DNA of 64,000 nt, from the IMG/VR virus record IMGVR_UViG_3300005672_000033; one strand, written 5' to 3'. This document shows, in pieces, positions 10,529 to 20,499 of the stretch. The position numbers and the translations under genes are program-made. The DNA is from an uncultured virus (IMG/VR IMGVR_UViG_3300005672_000033) (taxonomy: Duplodnaviria > Heunggongvirae > Uroviricota > Caudoviricetes). The first letter of the stretch is position 1; each line of letters opens with the position of its first letter. The notes beneath the pieces are model-generated. The model did not search any database, was not told where the DNA came from, and was given only the letters and a program-made list of their open reading frames with translations.

Positions 10529-12404
10529 GTGGCGTTCACCATCGTCCTCCGCGCCCCTTCATCCGGCTTCCAGATCCTGCTCGACGATGGTGGCTTCTCG
10601 GGGTCGGGCTCTGGTGCGCTCGCTCCGTTTTCAGCGAGCGGCTCGGGCGAGCTCAGGCTCGACGGCTCCGGCTCTGGCGCGCTCGCTGCTTTCGCCGTTG
10701 CCGCGGCAGGGATCGTCGCCAATCCGGTCACGGGCACCGCGAGCTGCGACGTCGCGCCGTTTGCTCCGGCAGGGAGCGGGCAGGAGCACTTCGACGGCTC
10801 TGCCAGCGCTGCGGCCGCGCCGTTCGAAGCNNGGGGCCGGCTCGGGGGCGGCCGCCCCCTTCGATGCGAGCGCGGCCGGCGAGCTCCACTTCGATGGCAG
10901 CGTGTCGTGCGCCATCGCGCCCTTCGCCTCGACCGGCTCGGGCTCGGTGGCGAACCCGATCTCCGGATCAGGCTCGTGCGCCCTTGCCCCATTCGACCTG
11001 ACCGCCGCAGCAGACCTCTGCTTCGACGCGACGGCCACCTGCGCGCTCGCGCCGTTCGCAACCTCCGGAGCGGGCGAGCTGGCGTTTGCTGGGGGCGGCT
11101 CGGGCGCGCTGGCGCCGTTCGGTGCGTCCGCTACCGCCGAACAGGTCTTCGCTGGGTCGAGCTCGTGTGCGCTCGCGCCGTTTGATTGCACGGCATCCGG
11201 ATCGGTCGATGACGCCTTCATCGGCACGGCATCGTGTGCGCTCGCCCCCTTCGCGTGCACCTCGACGGCCGAGCTCGCGTTCACGGGCTCCGGCTCGGCA
11301 GCAGCAGCGGCGTTCGCGGGGCNNNNNNNCGGCGAGCAGGTTTTCTCGGGCAGCGCTTCCTGCGCAGCTGCGCCCTTCGAATGCGCTGCGGCCGGCAGCT
11401 ACACCGACGCCGAGTTCTCGGGGTCCGGCAGCTGCGCCCTCGCGCCTTTCGACTGCAGCGGCTCGGCGCTCCTCGTCTTTGCCGGAGCGGCCGCCACTTC
11501 GATGGCGCCGTCTGCGGCGAGCGCGTCGGGCGAGCCGCTCTTTGCAGGCAGCGGAAGCGGCGCGGTGGCCGCCTTCGGCGGGGCGAGCTCGGGTGCCGTC
11601 GCGAACCCTGTCTCGGGGAGCGCGAGCGCGAGCCTTGCCCCGTTCGACGCGGCCGCGAGCGCGGAGCTGCGGTTCACGGGGGCCGCGTCAGCCACGCTAG
11701 CCGCCTTCGCGTGCACCGCGACCGGCGCGCTCGTCTTCGCGGGCGCGTGCAGCGCAGACGTGGGCGCGTTCGCATGCGCGAGCTCGGGCGAGCTGGCGTT
11801 CGCTGGCACGGGCACGGGCGGGCTCGCCCCCTTCGGTTCCAGCGCGGCCGCGACGGTCGCCAACCCGGTGACCGGAGCCGGCTCTGGTGGCCTCGCGCCG
11901 TTCGGCGCGGTCGGCACGGGCGCGGAGCTCTTCGTGGGCGCGGCGAGCGCCGCCATGGCCCCCTTCGCAGGGAGCGCGACCGGCACGGCGGCGAACCCGA
12001 TCTCGGGATCCGGAAGCGCGGGCGCCGCCCCGTTCGGCCTGCTCGCCTCGGGCTTCCAGGGCGACGACATCACGGGAGCCGTCACCGTCGACCTCGCCCC
12101 GCTCGCCGCGTCCGCCGGCGGTGCGCTCGTGTTCGCCGGGACAGGCTCGGCTGGCCTGCCCCCCTTCGCAGCGGATTCCGCGGGCGAAGCCATCCTTGAC
12201 CTCTTCGGCGCCGGCGCCGCCGGGCTGGGCGCCTTCGGCATGAGCGGAGCGGGCGAGCTTCGCTTCATCGGTGCCGCGATCACCGAGCTCGGGGCTTTCA
12301 TCCTCTACGGCACCGATCTTCTGACCGTCTTCGGCGACCCGGCCTACGCCGTCTCGCCTCTCTTTCCGGTCACGCCGATCTCTGTACTTCCGACGTCTTC
12401 GTAG
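10529..12404 (+). CDS. Gly/Ala/Ser-rich repeat virion protein (~20-aa LAPF repeats); nn gaps at ~10831 and ~11323
   Basis: Many F-x-G-x-x-S-x-A-L-A-P-F units across ORFs 10529..11185 and 10587..12404. Confidence 0.7.
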
Positions 12405-12412
12405 GAGCTCCC

Positions 12413-13456
12413 ATGGGCGCGCTCGCCATCGGCCAATCGTCTTCGTGCGCGAATCCGATCCTCGACCTGTACACCCAGGTCGCTGGCGTCGCGACCAACG
12501 TGGCGCAGCTCGAGTTCCAGATCTTCGACCAGACCGGCAGCTCGCCGGTCCAGGTCTACCCCGCGGTCGTCGGGGAACGGGCGAGCGTCGATGTCGCCCA
12601 GGACTGCCCCGCGGGCGACCGGATCGCGACCGGGCGCTACGTCGCGCGCTGGACCGTGCCGAGCGGTACGACGCCGGGCACGCACCGCATCACCTGGTTC
12701 ATCAAGCTCACGCTCTCGAGCGGGGAGCAGGTCTACTCCGAGGAGTTCGAGGTCCTGCCGGAGGTCGAGGCCACGAGCGTGGACGACGCCTACGCGTTCG
12801 TCTCGCAGCTCCGAGCGGACGGCGTGACCACACAGCAGGCATCGGACTCGAGGCTGCTCGCGCTCATCGAGGAGGCGAGCCGCACGATCGACGCCCTCAC
12901 CGGCCTCTTCTTCGCGCCTCGCCCGCTCACGATCGATGTGGATGGGGCGGCCGGGCCGACGCTCTTCCTCGAGATGCCGATCATCTCGATCGCCCAGGTC
13001 CTCATTGACGACGCCGAGCTCGAGCTCGACGGGTTGGTCGTCTACAACCGCCACCTCACGCAGCGCCTCCTGCGCCCTGACGATCGGCGCAATCCGAAGA
13101 TCGTGCGCCGCGGGTGCGCGAGGTGGCGGCCGGGGTTGCAGAACACGCGGATCGTCGGGGTCTTCGGCTTCACCGACCCGACCGGCGCGCCGCTCTCGCA
13201 GGGCCGACTTCCGCTCGAGATCAACCGGGCGTGCCGCCTGCTCGTGGTGCGGGAGCTCGAACTGCTCGCGTCGCCCGACCGCATCGCATCCCGTCGGCAG
13301 AACGACATCCGGAGCGAGACGACGCGGGACCAGAGCGTCACGTATGGGGAACGACGCGGCTCCACCGCGGTTCCGCTGTACGGGTCGACGGGTGACCCGG
13401 AGATCGACGCCATCCTCGCCCGGTACCGCCCGCCCATGAAGATGGCGATGGTCTGA
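12413..13456 (+). CDS. probable head-tail adaptor with N-terminal Ig-like domain
   Basis: YAFVSQLR...LIEEASRTID.LTG..F...PLEINRAC...DAILARYR pattern; position in operon. Confidence 0.6.
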   Translation: MGALAIGQSSSCANPILDLYTQVAGVATNVAQLEFQIFDQTGSSPVQVYPAVVGERASVDVAQDCPAGDRIATGRYVARWTVPSGTTPGTHRITWFIKLTLSSGEQVYSEEFEVLPEVEATSVDDAYAFVSQLRADGVTTQQASDSRLLALIEEASRTIDALTGLFFAPRPLTIDVDGAAGPTLFLEMPIISIAQVLIDDAELELDGLVVYNRHLTQRLLRPDDRRNPKIVRRGCARWRPGLQNTRIVGVFGFTDPTGAPLSQGRLPLEINRACRLLVVRELELLASPDRIASRRQNDIRSETTRDQSVTYGERRGSTAVPLYGSTGDPEIDAILARYRPPMKMAMV

Positions 13457-13941
13457 TGGGCTACCGCGGCCGCCTTATCCACCCTCTCGTCGCCGAGATC
13501 GAGCAGCTCGACACCGCAGCGACGGCGGCGGCGAGCGGGTTCGATCCGGTCTGGAAGACGCCCACCACGACCTACCCGGGCGGGGCGCGAACGAAGGGGC
13601 AGGTGTACAAGGCGCCGATCCGCCTCCGATGCCAGGTCGAGCAGATTCAGGAGACGGCGCAGCAGCGGACCTCGGCGGGTAACGTGCCCGACAGCCGACT
13701 CATCCTCGTCTTCCACTATGCCGATCTGCTCGCCGGCGGCATGGTCGGCCCCGATCGGCGGGCGCTTCTCCGGGTGAACGACCGGCTGATCGCGCTCTAC
13801 ACGCGCGTGGGCGAGCTCGAGAAGGCGTACGATCCCAAGCTCTACGCCACCGAGGTGCTCGACGCTGGCCACGGCCTCGGCGGGCGGCGCAACCTCCTGC
13901 TCGTCACCTTTGACGACCGACCCGAGGGGGTGACGACGTGA
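13456..13941 (+). CDS. probable head closure protein
   Basis: Position after the adaptor; coupled start. Confidence 0.5.
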   Translation: MGYRGRLIHPLVAEIEQLDTAATAAASGFDPVWKTPTTTYPGGARTKGQVYKAPIRLRCQVEQIQETAQQRTSAGNVPDSRLILVFHYADLLAGGMVGPDRRALLRVNDRLIALYTRVGELEKAYDPKLYATEVLDAGHGLGGRRNLLLVTFDDRPEGVTT

Positions 13942-14516
13942 CGGTGGAGGTGAAGACCTCCGGCGACTGGGAGAAGGCCATTCGGAAGCTCCAGCAGATC
14001 GAGCGGGACGCTGGGAAGGCCCTCCAGCGCGCGCTGCTGCAGGAGGCGCACGAGATCCGAAACGAGATGGTCGGGGGCATCGACTCGGGGTCGCCGGCGG
14101 GGGCTTCGTTCAAGCCGCACGCGCCCGCCACGCTCTACCTCCGCCGGGCGACGAAGGGCGGGAAGGGGTCGAAGATCCTGATCGCCTCGGCGACGATGCG
14201 GGCGTCGATCCGAGTCGTGCCGCTGCCGGGCGGCGGCGCGTTCGTCGGGGTGCACCGCGGGGCGAAGAAGGGCCGGTTCCGCATCGCCCAGATCCAGGAG
14301 CAGGGTCGCAACATCAACGTCACGCCCAGGATGCGGCGCTTCCTCCACGCGATGCTCCGAAAGGGCGGGGCTCCCCCGCCGCCCCCGGGCGCCGCGAGGG
14401 TCACGATCCGGATTCCGCCCCGCCCGTTCATCGCCCCGATCGTCGCCAAGTACCAGAAGAGCGGCGAGCTCGAGAAGCGCATCGCGGCGCGGGTGGCGGC
14501 CGATCTCGGGCTGTAA
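13938..14516 (+). CDS. neck/virion morphogenesis protein (Mu gpG / HK97 gp10-like)
   Basis: LIASATMRASI...IAQIQEQG...IPPRPFIAP motifs. Confidence 0.7.
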   Translation: MTVEVKTSGDWEKAIRKLQQIERDAGKALQRALLQEAHEIRNEMVGGIDSGSPAGASFKPHAPATLYLRRATKGGKGSKILIASATMRASIRVVPLPGGGAFVGVHRGAKKGRFRIAQIQEQGRNINVTPRMRRFLHAMLRKGGAPPPPPGAARVTIRIPPRPFIAPIVAKYQKSGELEKRIAARVAADLGL

Positions 14517-14518
14517 CA

Positions 14519-14560
14519 CGCCGGCTCGTCCCCGCGCAGCGTGAGCGGCAACCTCCCGAC
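14519..14560 (+). promoter_or_regulatory. putative leaderless late promoter, copy 3
   Basis: CGCCGGCTCG at 14519, CAACCT, GTG at 14561. Confidence 0.6.
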
Positions 14561-15367
14561 GTGGCGCTCGCGAACCCCAGCTTCGAGACGGCGGACCCGG
14601 CAGACCCGGGGCTGGCCGACGACTGGGCCATCACCGTCGTCTCCTTCCTGACCATCGCCGGGTTCACGATCGGCGCAGGCCTCGAGCAAGGGTGGGAGGG
14701 CTTCGAAGCGGGGTGGGACGCAGACGGTTACAGCTTCGGGCTGGGGGTGAGCACGACGCCCGTTCTCTTCTCTGAGACGCTGTTCGTGACGCCGCCCGCG
14801 TTCGAGGACTTCTCTGCGGGCTGGGCTCTCGACCAGGCGTTCTTCGAGGATCTCGGTTCGACCATCGCGGCGGAGTTCAACACGACGCCGAACGCGTTCG
14901 AGTCGTTCGATGTGGAGTGGGGTGTCACCGGCTTCGCGACGACACTCGCCGTATCGTTGACGGCGGCCCCGGTGGAGACCTTTGAGACGGGCTGGCTGGC
15001 CTCGCCCTACACCACGTCGTTGGGGGCCAACACCAACGCCTCCTTCGATGGGCCCTCAGCCGTCGGCTTCGAGGACTTCGACGACGTCATCGCACCGGTG
15101 CCGTTTACCCTCAACCCCGGCACGGACGTCTTCACCGCTGTCGGTCATCCGCTGACCAACGGCATGAAGGGGCGGATCGCGTCGACCGGGCAGCCGCCTG
15201 GCGGAGCGAGCTCGGGGGTCGACTGGTACGTGGTGAACGCGGCCACCGACACGTTCCAGCTCGCCGCCACCCCCGGCGGCACGGCGCACGACTTCGAACA
15301 CCAGGGCGGTGGGGTGCACACCTTCCTCGCCGACCCGACGCTGTACTGGAACGAGATCCTGAGCTGA
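14561..15367 (+). CDS. acidic virion protein with ExFExGW repeats
   Basis: Repeated E-x-F-x-x-x-W units; C-terminal HPLTNG...DTFQLA module seen in tail proteins. Confidence 0.6.
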   Translation: MALANPSFETADPADPGLADDWAITVVSFLTIAGFTIGAGLEQGWEGFEAGWDADGYSFGLGVSTTPVLFSETLFVTPPAFEDFSAGWALDQAFFEDLGSTIAAEFNTTPNAFESFDVEWGVTGFATTLAVSLTAAPVETFETGWLASPYTTSLGANTNASFDGPSAVGFEDFDDVIAPVPFTLNPGTDVFTAVGHPLTNGMKGRIASTGQPPGGASSGVDWYVVNAATDTFQLAATPGGTAHDFEHQGGGVHTFLADPTLYWNEILS

Positions 15368-15377
15368 GGAGGAGCGC

Positions 15378-16079
15378 GTGGCCCAAGCCGACTGGACAGA
15401 CCTCACGAACTCGCTCGCCGGCGGCGTGCTCGCGCGCGGCGTCACGGCCGGCGAGGCCGTGCCGCTCGGTGGCGGGACCCACGTGTACGGCATGCGCACG
15501 CTCTCGGTGGCGACCGGCGCGCTCGCCAAGTTCGTGGTCGAGACGGACTTCGCGCCCACGGACCCGTTCAAGGACCACAGCATCCGCGGCGCGGTGAAGA
15601 AGGGGATCTCGGCGGGCGCCACGGGGTTCAGCGCGTTCCTCGTTGCCGTGCTCCAGGGGCCCGATGTGACGGACCGCGCCTACATGCTCGGCCTCAGCGA
15701 CGGCGACCCCGGGTTCATCTCCCTGGTGAAGGGCCGCATCACGGACGGCATCCCCGACGCCGCGCCGGGCGCGCTCGGGGTGCTGCGTCGAAGCACGCAG
15801 TCGGTGGCGATCGGCGAGTGGGCCCACCTTCGACTCGACGCGATCATCAACACCAACGGCGACGTCGTCCTCAACTGCTTCCGCAACGACAACGCGAACA
15901 GCGTCGCGGCGCCGACGTGGACGGCGATCCCGGGCATCACCCAGTTCATCGACGACGCCCTCGGCGCGAACTCGGGCTCCCTCCCTTTCACGGAGGGCCG
16001 CATGGGGTTCGGTGGTCGCTTCAGCGACGTCGGCCGGCGAGTCTACTTCGACCGCATCGAGTGCATCCGCGAGACGTGA
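15378..16079 (+). CDS. putative tail/baseplate protein
   Basis: RBS GAGGAGG, beta-rich, in the tail cluster. Confidence 0.6.
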   Translation: MAQADWTDLTNSLAGGVLARGVTAGEAVPLGGGTHVYGMRTLSVATGALAKFVVETDFAPTDPFKDHSIRGAVKKGISAGATGFSAFLVAVLQGPDVTDRAYMLGLSDGDPGFISLVKGRITDGIPDAAPGALGVLRRSTQSVAIGEWAHLRLDAIINTNGDVVLNCFRNDNANSVAAPTWTAIPGITQFIDDALGANSGSLPFTEGRMGFGGRFSDVGRRVYFDRIECIRET

Positions 16080-16087
16080 GGTAGGCC

Positions 16088-17857
16088 TTGGCGCTCACCA
16101 CGTTCACGCGCGAGCTCGGCCTGGTCCAGGGCAGGATCGCGCCGACGCTGATCCCGCCGGACCAGGGCGACTACGTCTTCGCCTTGGGCAGCGCGGCTCC
16201 CGGGCGGAGGTGGATGGCCGCCTCCGGCGACCACATCACCGTCGCTCAGAACAGCGCCAACGCCGGCGTCTTCTTCCTGCGTCCGCGCTTTCACCTCCGC
16301 CCCCCGGCCACGCCTCCGCCCCCTGGTGTCGTGTGGACCTTCGAGGCGAAGCTCGACGGCACCACCGTTCTGTCGCTGCCCGTCGACCGCGCTCGAGACC
16401 TTGCCGACGTGGCGCTTTGCGTGGTGCCGTTCGACCCCTCGGCCTTCGACCTCGAGTTCAAGCTCGGCGTCGCCGGCGCCGGCGGCCCCTGGGAGCTCGA
16501 GCTGCCCGCCGTCTACCTCGACGCGATCCTGGCCGACTCCAGTCCGATCCGCCCGATTCTTACGAACCGTAGCCCGGAGCCGACGGAGACCGGTGTCCCC
16601 CGCGCGACGACGATCGCGCTCGACATCGCCGATCCGGACTTCGCCACGGCCGCGACGTCGGCGGCCATGGTCTACGTGAACGGGGTGCTCGTCTGGAACG
16701 GCAGCGCGTTCACCGCGGGCTGGGATGGGCCTAGCTCGTCCGCGACGGTCGTCGACGGCGGGCACACCGTGCGGATCGTCATCGATCCCCAGAACGACTT
16801 CATCAGCCTCGAGGTCGTGCAGGTACGCGTTACCTACGTCGCCCCCGGCGACGGCGCCCAGCTCGACACGACCTACCTCTTCACGATCGAGGACCGCACC
16901 CAGCCGCAGCTCACTGCGGCGCTCGCCCAGGACCGCAAGACCGTACGCGTCTCGTTCTCGGAGCCCGTGGCGGATGCGGACGCCCTCGACCCTGCCAACT
17001 GGCTGATCGAGGTGGTCGAGGGCCCGCAGCTCCGGGGGTGGGGCGACTATCGCGTGGCCGCTGCGGTCTGGGTGACGGTCGCCTCCGTCACCAAGGCGGG
17101 CACCTCGTACGACATCGAGACCGATATCCCGATGACGATGCGGGCGACCTACCGCGTCACCGCGACCGGCGTGCACGACGTCTTCGGCAACGTGGTCGAT
17201 CCCTCCGCGTCGGCTCAGCTCTTCGTCTCCGTCGATACGCGCCTGCCCGAGCGGCGCATGGAGTTGGTCGATCACGTCCCGCGCATGAACATCACGGAGG
17301 ATGAGACCCAGGACCTCCGAAAGACCTTGTGGGCGTGGCAGGAGCCGCTCGAGCTCGAGCTGTCGCTCATCGACGAGTGGACCGACCTGCTCGACCCGGA
17401 CACGGCCCCGGAGCCCTTTCTCGACGTGATGCTCGCCGACCTGGGCAACCCGTTCACGTTCCCGCTGACCGTCACCCAGAAGCGCCGTTTGGTCGGCCTC
17501 TTGCCCATCATCTTCCAGGAGAAGGGATCGGCCGAGGGGATCATCAACGCGATCCGCCTCTTCACCGGCATCGAGGTCACGATCACCTACCCGAACTTCC
17601 TCGGTCTCAAGCTGGGCTACGCGAAGATCGGCTCCACTCTCGTCCTGGGCGGGAGTGGCGGTTCGCCCTACTCCTACCGCGTCGTTTCGCCGGTGATTCT
17701 GACGGACGACCAACGGCTCCAGATGCGGAGCATCGCCGAGTACATGCAGGCGACCAACGAGACGCTCATCGAGATCAAGGAGCCCGGGGTCGCGCCGCCG
17801 GTCTCGAACGTCTTCAAGATCGGCACCTCGAAGCTGGGCTACGCCAAGCTCGGCTGA
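16088..17857 (+). CDS. baseplate wedge protein: Ig-like domains plus C-terminal P2 gpI-like domain
   Basis: LDPDTAPEPFLDVMLADLG...KRRLV...EKGSAEGI. Confidence 0.75.
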   Translation: MALTTFTRELGLVQGRIAPTLIPPDQGDYVFALGSAAPGRRWMAASGDHITVAQNSANAGVFFLRPRFHLRPPATPPPPGVVWTFEAKLDGTTVLSLPVDRARDLADVALCVVPFDPSAFDLEFKLGVAGAGGPWELELPAVYLDAILADSSPIRPILTNRSPEPTETGVPRATTIALDIADPDFATAATSAAMVYVNGVLVWNGSAFTAGWDGPSSSATVVDGGHTVRIVIDPQNDFISLEVVQVRVTYVAPGDGAQLDTTYLFTIEDRTQPQLTAALAQDRKTVRVSFSEPVADADALDPANWLIEVVEGPQLRGWGDYRVAAAVWVTVASVTKAGTSYDIETDIPMTMRATYRVTATGVHDVFGNVVDPSASAQLFVSVDTRLPERRMELVDHVPRMNITEDETQDLRKTLWAWQEPLELELSLIDEWTDLLDPDTAPEPFLDVMLADLGNPFTFPLTVTQKRRLVGLLPIIFQEKGSAEGIINAIRLFTGIEVTITYPNFLGLKLGYAKIGSTLVLGGSGGSPYSYRVVSPVILTDDQRLQMRSIAEYMQATNETLIEIKEPGVAPPVSNVFKIGTSKLGYAKLG

Positions 17858-17899
17858 CGCCGGCTCGCCCCGGGATCGGCCGTGGAGGACGGTCGAGCC
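17858..17899 (+). promoter_or_regulatory. putative leaderless late promoter, copy 4
   Basis: CGCCGGCTCG at 17858, GACGGT, GTG at 17900. Confidence 0.6.
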
Positions 17900-19078
17900 G
17901 TGGCGGACCGCCGGAACTACTTCCACGGGCAAGTGCTCCAGGAGGGCGAGCTCGATGCCGGGTTCAACGGGCTCGAGGCCGCGGATTGGAACCTGGCGAC
18001 CGACCTGGGGCTCGTCGGTGTCGCCGGCGGCGGCGTCGTCACGCAGCATTCCCCGACGCCAGACCTGACCGTCGACGTCACGTCTGTCCGCGCCTACGAC
18101 CAGCAGGGGCGGCGCATCGAGTTCCCGTCGACGCAGACACCGAGCCTCGCGACGGACTCGAACTCGGTCTCCACCGCGGTCGCCAACGGCGGCAACTCGA
18201 AGATCGTCTCCCTCTTCGTCCGATTCAAGCGCGACCAGTCGGACCCGCGCACCGACGACAACGCGGTCCCGCTGAACTTCGTCCAAGACGAGGGCTTCGA
18301 GTTCGTGGTCGTGCAAGGAGCGGAGGCCGCCTCTCCGACGCCGCCCGCGCTCCTTTCCGACGGCATCCTGCTCGCCGACGTCACGCGCACGTTCGGCCAG
18401 ACGCAGATCGTCAACGGCGACATCTCCACGGCGCGCCGCCAGGACATGTTCGTCGGGACCGCTGGCTCCATCGGGTTCCGGGCCGGCACGCCCGAGGAGG
18501 CGCTGCAGGACATCCTCACGGAGCTGAACAACCACATCACCGGCGTCTCGAACCTGCACCCGGCGACGGCGATCTCTGCGGCGGCCGTCTCGCAGTCTCC
18601 GACCAGCCTCTCGCTCGGAACCGTCAGCAGCCAATTGGCGGCACTTCTCACCGCGGTGAACGCTCGAGCCCGGCTCGCGTCGGCCGAGACCGTTGCCGGG
18701 GCGTGGACGTTCAACGCAAACCGCGCCTTTCACCCGGTCAGCGACGTCGGTGAGCTCCAACGAGTCGTCGAGCTCTTCGACGTGAATCAAGGGATCAACT
18801 CCGGCGGCGTCGACCACTTTCGAGTGCCGGTGATCACGGGCGACAAGGTCGACGCCTTGGCTGACCCCGCCGCGGATGGCAGGGTCCTCACGTTCACCAA
18901 GCCGCAAGCCACGGCGACGTACACGTGGACGCTGCGTCGCGCCGACACGACCGTGCTCGTGACGTTCGACGCAGCGTCGCGCGGTTCTGTGACCGTCATC
19001 TCCGATGGCGGAGTTTGGAAGATCCTCAGCGTTGAGGTCTGGGGTGGAACGGTCTCGAGCGTGAACAGCGACGTGTAG
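17900..19078 (+). CDS. probable tail fibre / baseplate-attached protein
   Basis: N-terminal DRRNYFHGQVLQEGELD motif resembles contractile-tail fibre anchors; follows the gpI-like gene. Confidence 0.6.
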   Translation: MADRRNYFHGQVLQEGELDAGFNGLEAADWNLATDLGLVGVAGGGVVTQHSPTPDLTVDVTSVRAYDQQGRRIEFPSTQTPSLATDSNSVSTAVANGGNSKIVSLFVRFKRDQSDPRTDDNAVPLNFVQDEGFEFVVVQGAEAASPTPPALLSDGILLADVTRTFGQTQIVNGDISTARRQDMFVGTAGSIGFRAGTPEEALQDILTELNNHITGVSNLHPATAISAAAVSQSPTSLSLGTVSSQLAALLTAVNARARLASAETVAGAWTFNANRAFHPVSDVGELQRVVELFDVNQGINSGGVDHFRVPVITGDKVDALADPAADGRVLTFTKPQATATYTWTLRRADTTVLVTFDAASRGSVTVISDGGVWKILSVEVWGGTVSSVNSDV

Positions 19079-19088
19079 CGAGAAGCAC

Positions 19089-19775
19089 ATGACCACCGAG
19101 CGAGACAGCGCCAGCGAGCACCCGGACAACGGCGAAGCCGACGGCGACGAAGACGTGCTCGCGCGCCCGGACGCTGTCCTCATCCTCGAGGACATCAAGC
19201 GGAAGCACGACAAGCTCACCGAGGAGCACGCCGAGATTCGGGACCTGACGAAGGAGACCCGCACCGCGGTTGGTGTCGTCAACACGCTCTGCACGGAGGT
19301 CCTCGACCATGCGAAGGCGCAGAAGCTCGAGCTCGAGCTCGTGCGCGGCCAGTGCATGGTGCTCTCGGAGCGAAGCGGCGTCGTCGACCGCCGCCTGGAT
19401 CAGGTCGAGCGAGAGCGGGATGCCGACCGCGCCGCCCACCTCGAAGCGATGGGCAAGCTCACCGCCGCCGTGCACGAGCTCGCCGCCGGCGTGGGGACCC
19501 TCACCGGCGAGGTCGCGGAGCTGAAGAAGCGGGACGAGAAGGAGCGCGAGCGTCGCGCCTCGCTCGGCGAGGAGGCCTTGGGGCGCGCCGCGCTCGCCGT
19601 CTTCGGCGAAGAGGTGACGACTGTCGCCGCGAAGAAGCGCGAGCAGCAGGTCAACGAAGAGAAGCTCGCCCACGAGAAGCGGAAGGCGAAGGTCGAGGCG
19701 GTGAAGAGCATCGCGATCGTCGTGCTCACCGCGCTCGCCGGGTACGCGATCGCCGCGGCGAAGGGCTGGTTCTGA
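19089..19775 (+). CDS. coiled-coil protein with C-terminal transmembrane helix (lysis module)
   Basis: Heptad-rich body, SIAIVVLTALAGYAIAAA. Confidence 0.6.
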   Translation: MTTERDSASEHPDNGEADGDEDVLARPDAVLILEDIKRKHDKLTEEHAEIRDLTKETRTAVGVVNTLCTEVLDHAKAQKLELELVRGQCMVLSERSGVVDRRLDQVERERDADRAAHLEAMGKLTAAVHELAAGVGTLTGEVAELKKRDEKERERRASLGEEALGRAALAVFGEEVTTVAAKKREQQVNEEKLAHEKRKAKVEAVKSIAIVVLTALAGYAIAAAKGWF

Positions 19776-19785
19776 GGAGGAAGCT

Positions 19786-20499
19786 ATGGAGTTCTTGGGC
19801 ATCAGCGAAAGCGTGAAGGGGTCCGCCGAGCGCGGAGAGTGGGTCGGCGTGGCCACCCTCGTGATCTGGCTGCTCATCACGTTCCTCAAGTCCGACCGGT
19901 TCCCGCTCGACGTGTCGCCACGCGCGCGCGTCTTCCTCGCGGTCGGGCTCGGCCAGGTCTACGCGATCGGCGAAGCCGTGATCGGCGGCATGCCCTGGGG
20001 CGCGGCGATCGTCCGCGGCGTCATCACGTCGGCGATGACCGTGTTCGCACAGGAGGTCCTCTTCGGCGGCAAGGAGAGGAAGCCCGGCGGCGCGACGGCC
20101 GGAGCCGGCGCTGTCGGCGTCCTCATGCTCGTCCTGGTCACGTTCGTGGCCGGCTGCGTCGACGCCGTGAAGGCGGGCGCCTTGGTCGCGAACAAGATGA
20201 GCGCCGCCGGCGACGCCGCCGCGCCGAAGCTCGAGGCGAAGTGCGTGGCGCCGATGGTCGCGGCCGCAGCGATGCAGGACGTCCTGAAGAAGGCGGCAAC
20301 CGTCAAGGTGGTCTCCGAGGACTGCGACGAGATCATGCTGGCCTACGACGCCATGCGGCGCTCGCACGTGGTGTTGCGCAACCTCCTGCTCTCCGCGGAG
20401 GACGGCGTCATCACGGTGGGCGAGCTCATCGACGCGACCAAGGAAGGCGCGGCCCAGCTCACCGCGTTCATCAAGGTCGCCGAGGGGCTCGACAAATGA
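19786..20499 (+). CDS. holin-like membrane protein with internal lipobox-like segment
   Basis: RBS GAGGAGG; about 3 N-terminal hydrophobic helices, then VLMLVLVTFVAGC and a helical tail; upstream of the endolysin. Confidence 0.55.
   Translation: MEFLGISESVKGSAERGEWVGVATLVIWLLITFLKSDRFPLDVSPRARVFLAVGLGQVYAIGEAVIGGMPWGAAIVRGVITSAMTVFAQEVLFGGKERKPGGATAGAGAVGVLMLVLVTFVAGCVDAVKAGALVANKMSAAGDAAAPKLEAKCVAPMVAAAAMQDVLKKAATVKVVSEDCDEIMLAYDAMRRSHVVLRNLLLSAEDGVITVGELIDATKEGAAQLTAFIKVAEGLDK

Noticed and set aside
2410..11329. Pseudogenes or programmed frameshifts at frame breaks in terS, the protease and virion genes
   Set aside because: Breaks coincide with nn scaffold gaps (~2410, 3100, 3683, 3858, 7895, 10831, 11323)
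10529..12404. CRISPR array or DGR repeat
   Set aside because: Repeats are degenerate, in frame and protein-level; no cas or reverse transcriptase gene seen in the window
16043..19357. 1104-aa minus-strand ORF, and similar long antisense ORFs (3315-5225, 4606-6222, 20343-22040, 24076-26067)
   Set aside because: Shadow frames of GC-rich genes with recognisable products on the opposite strand
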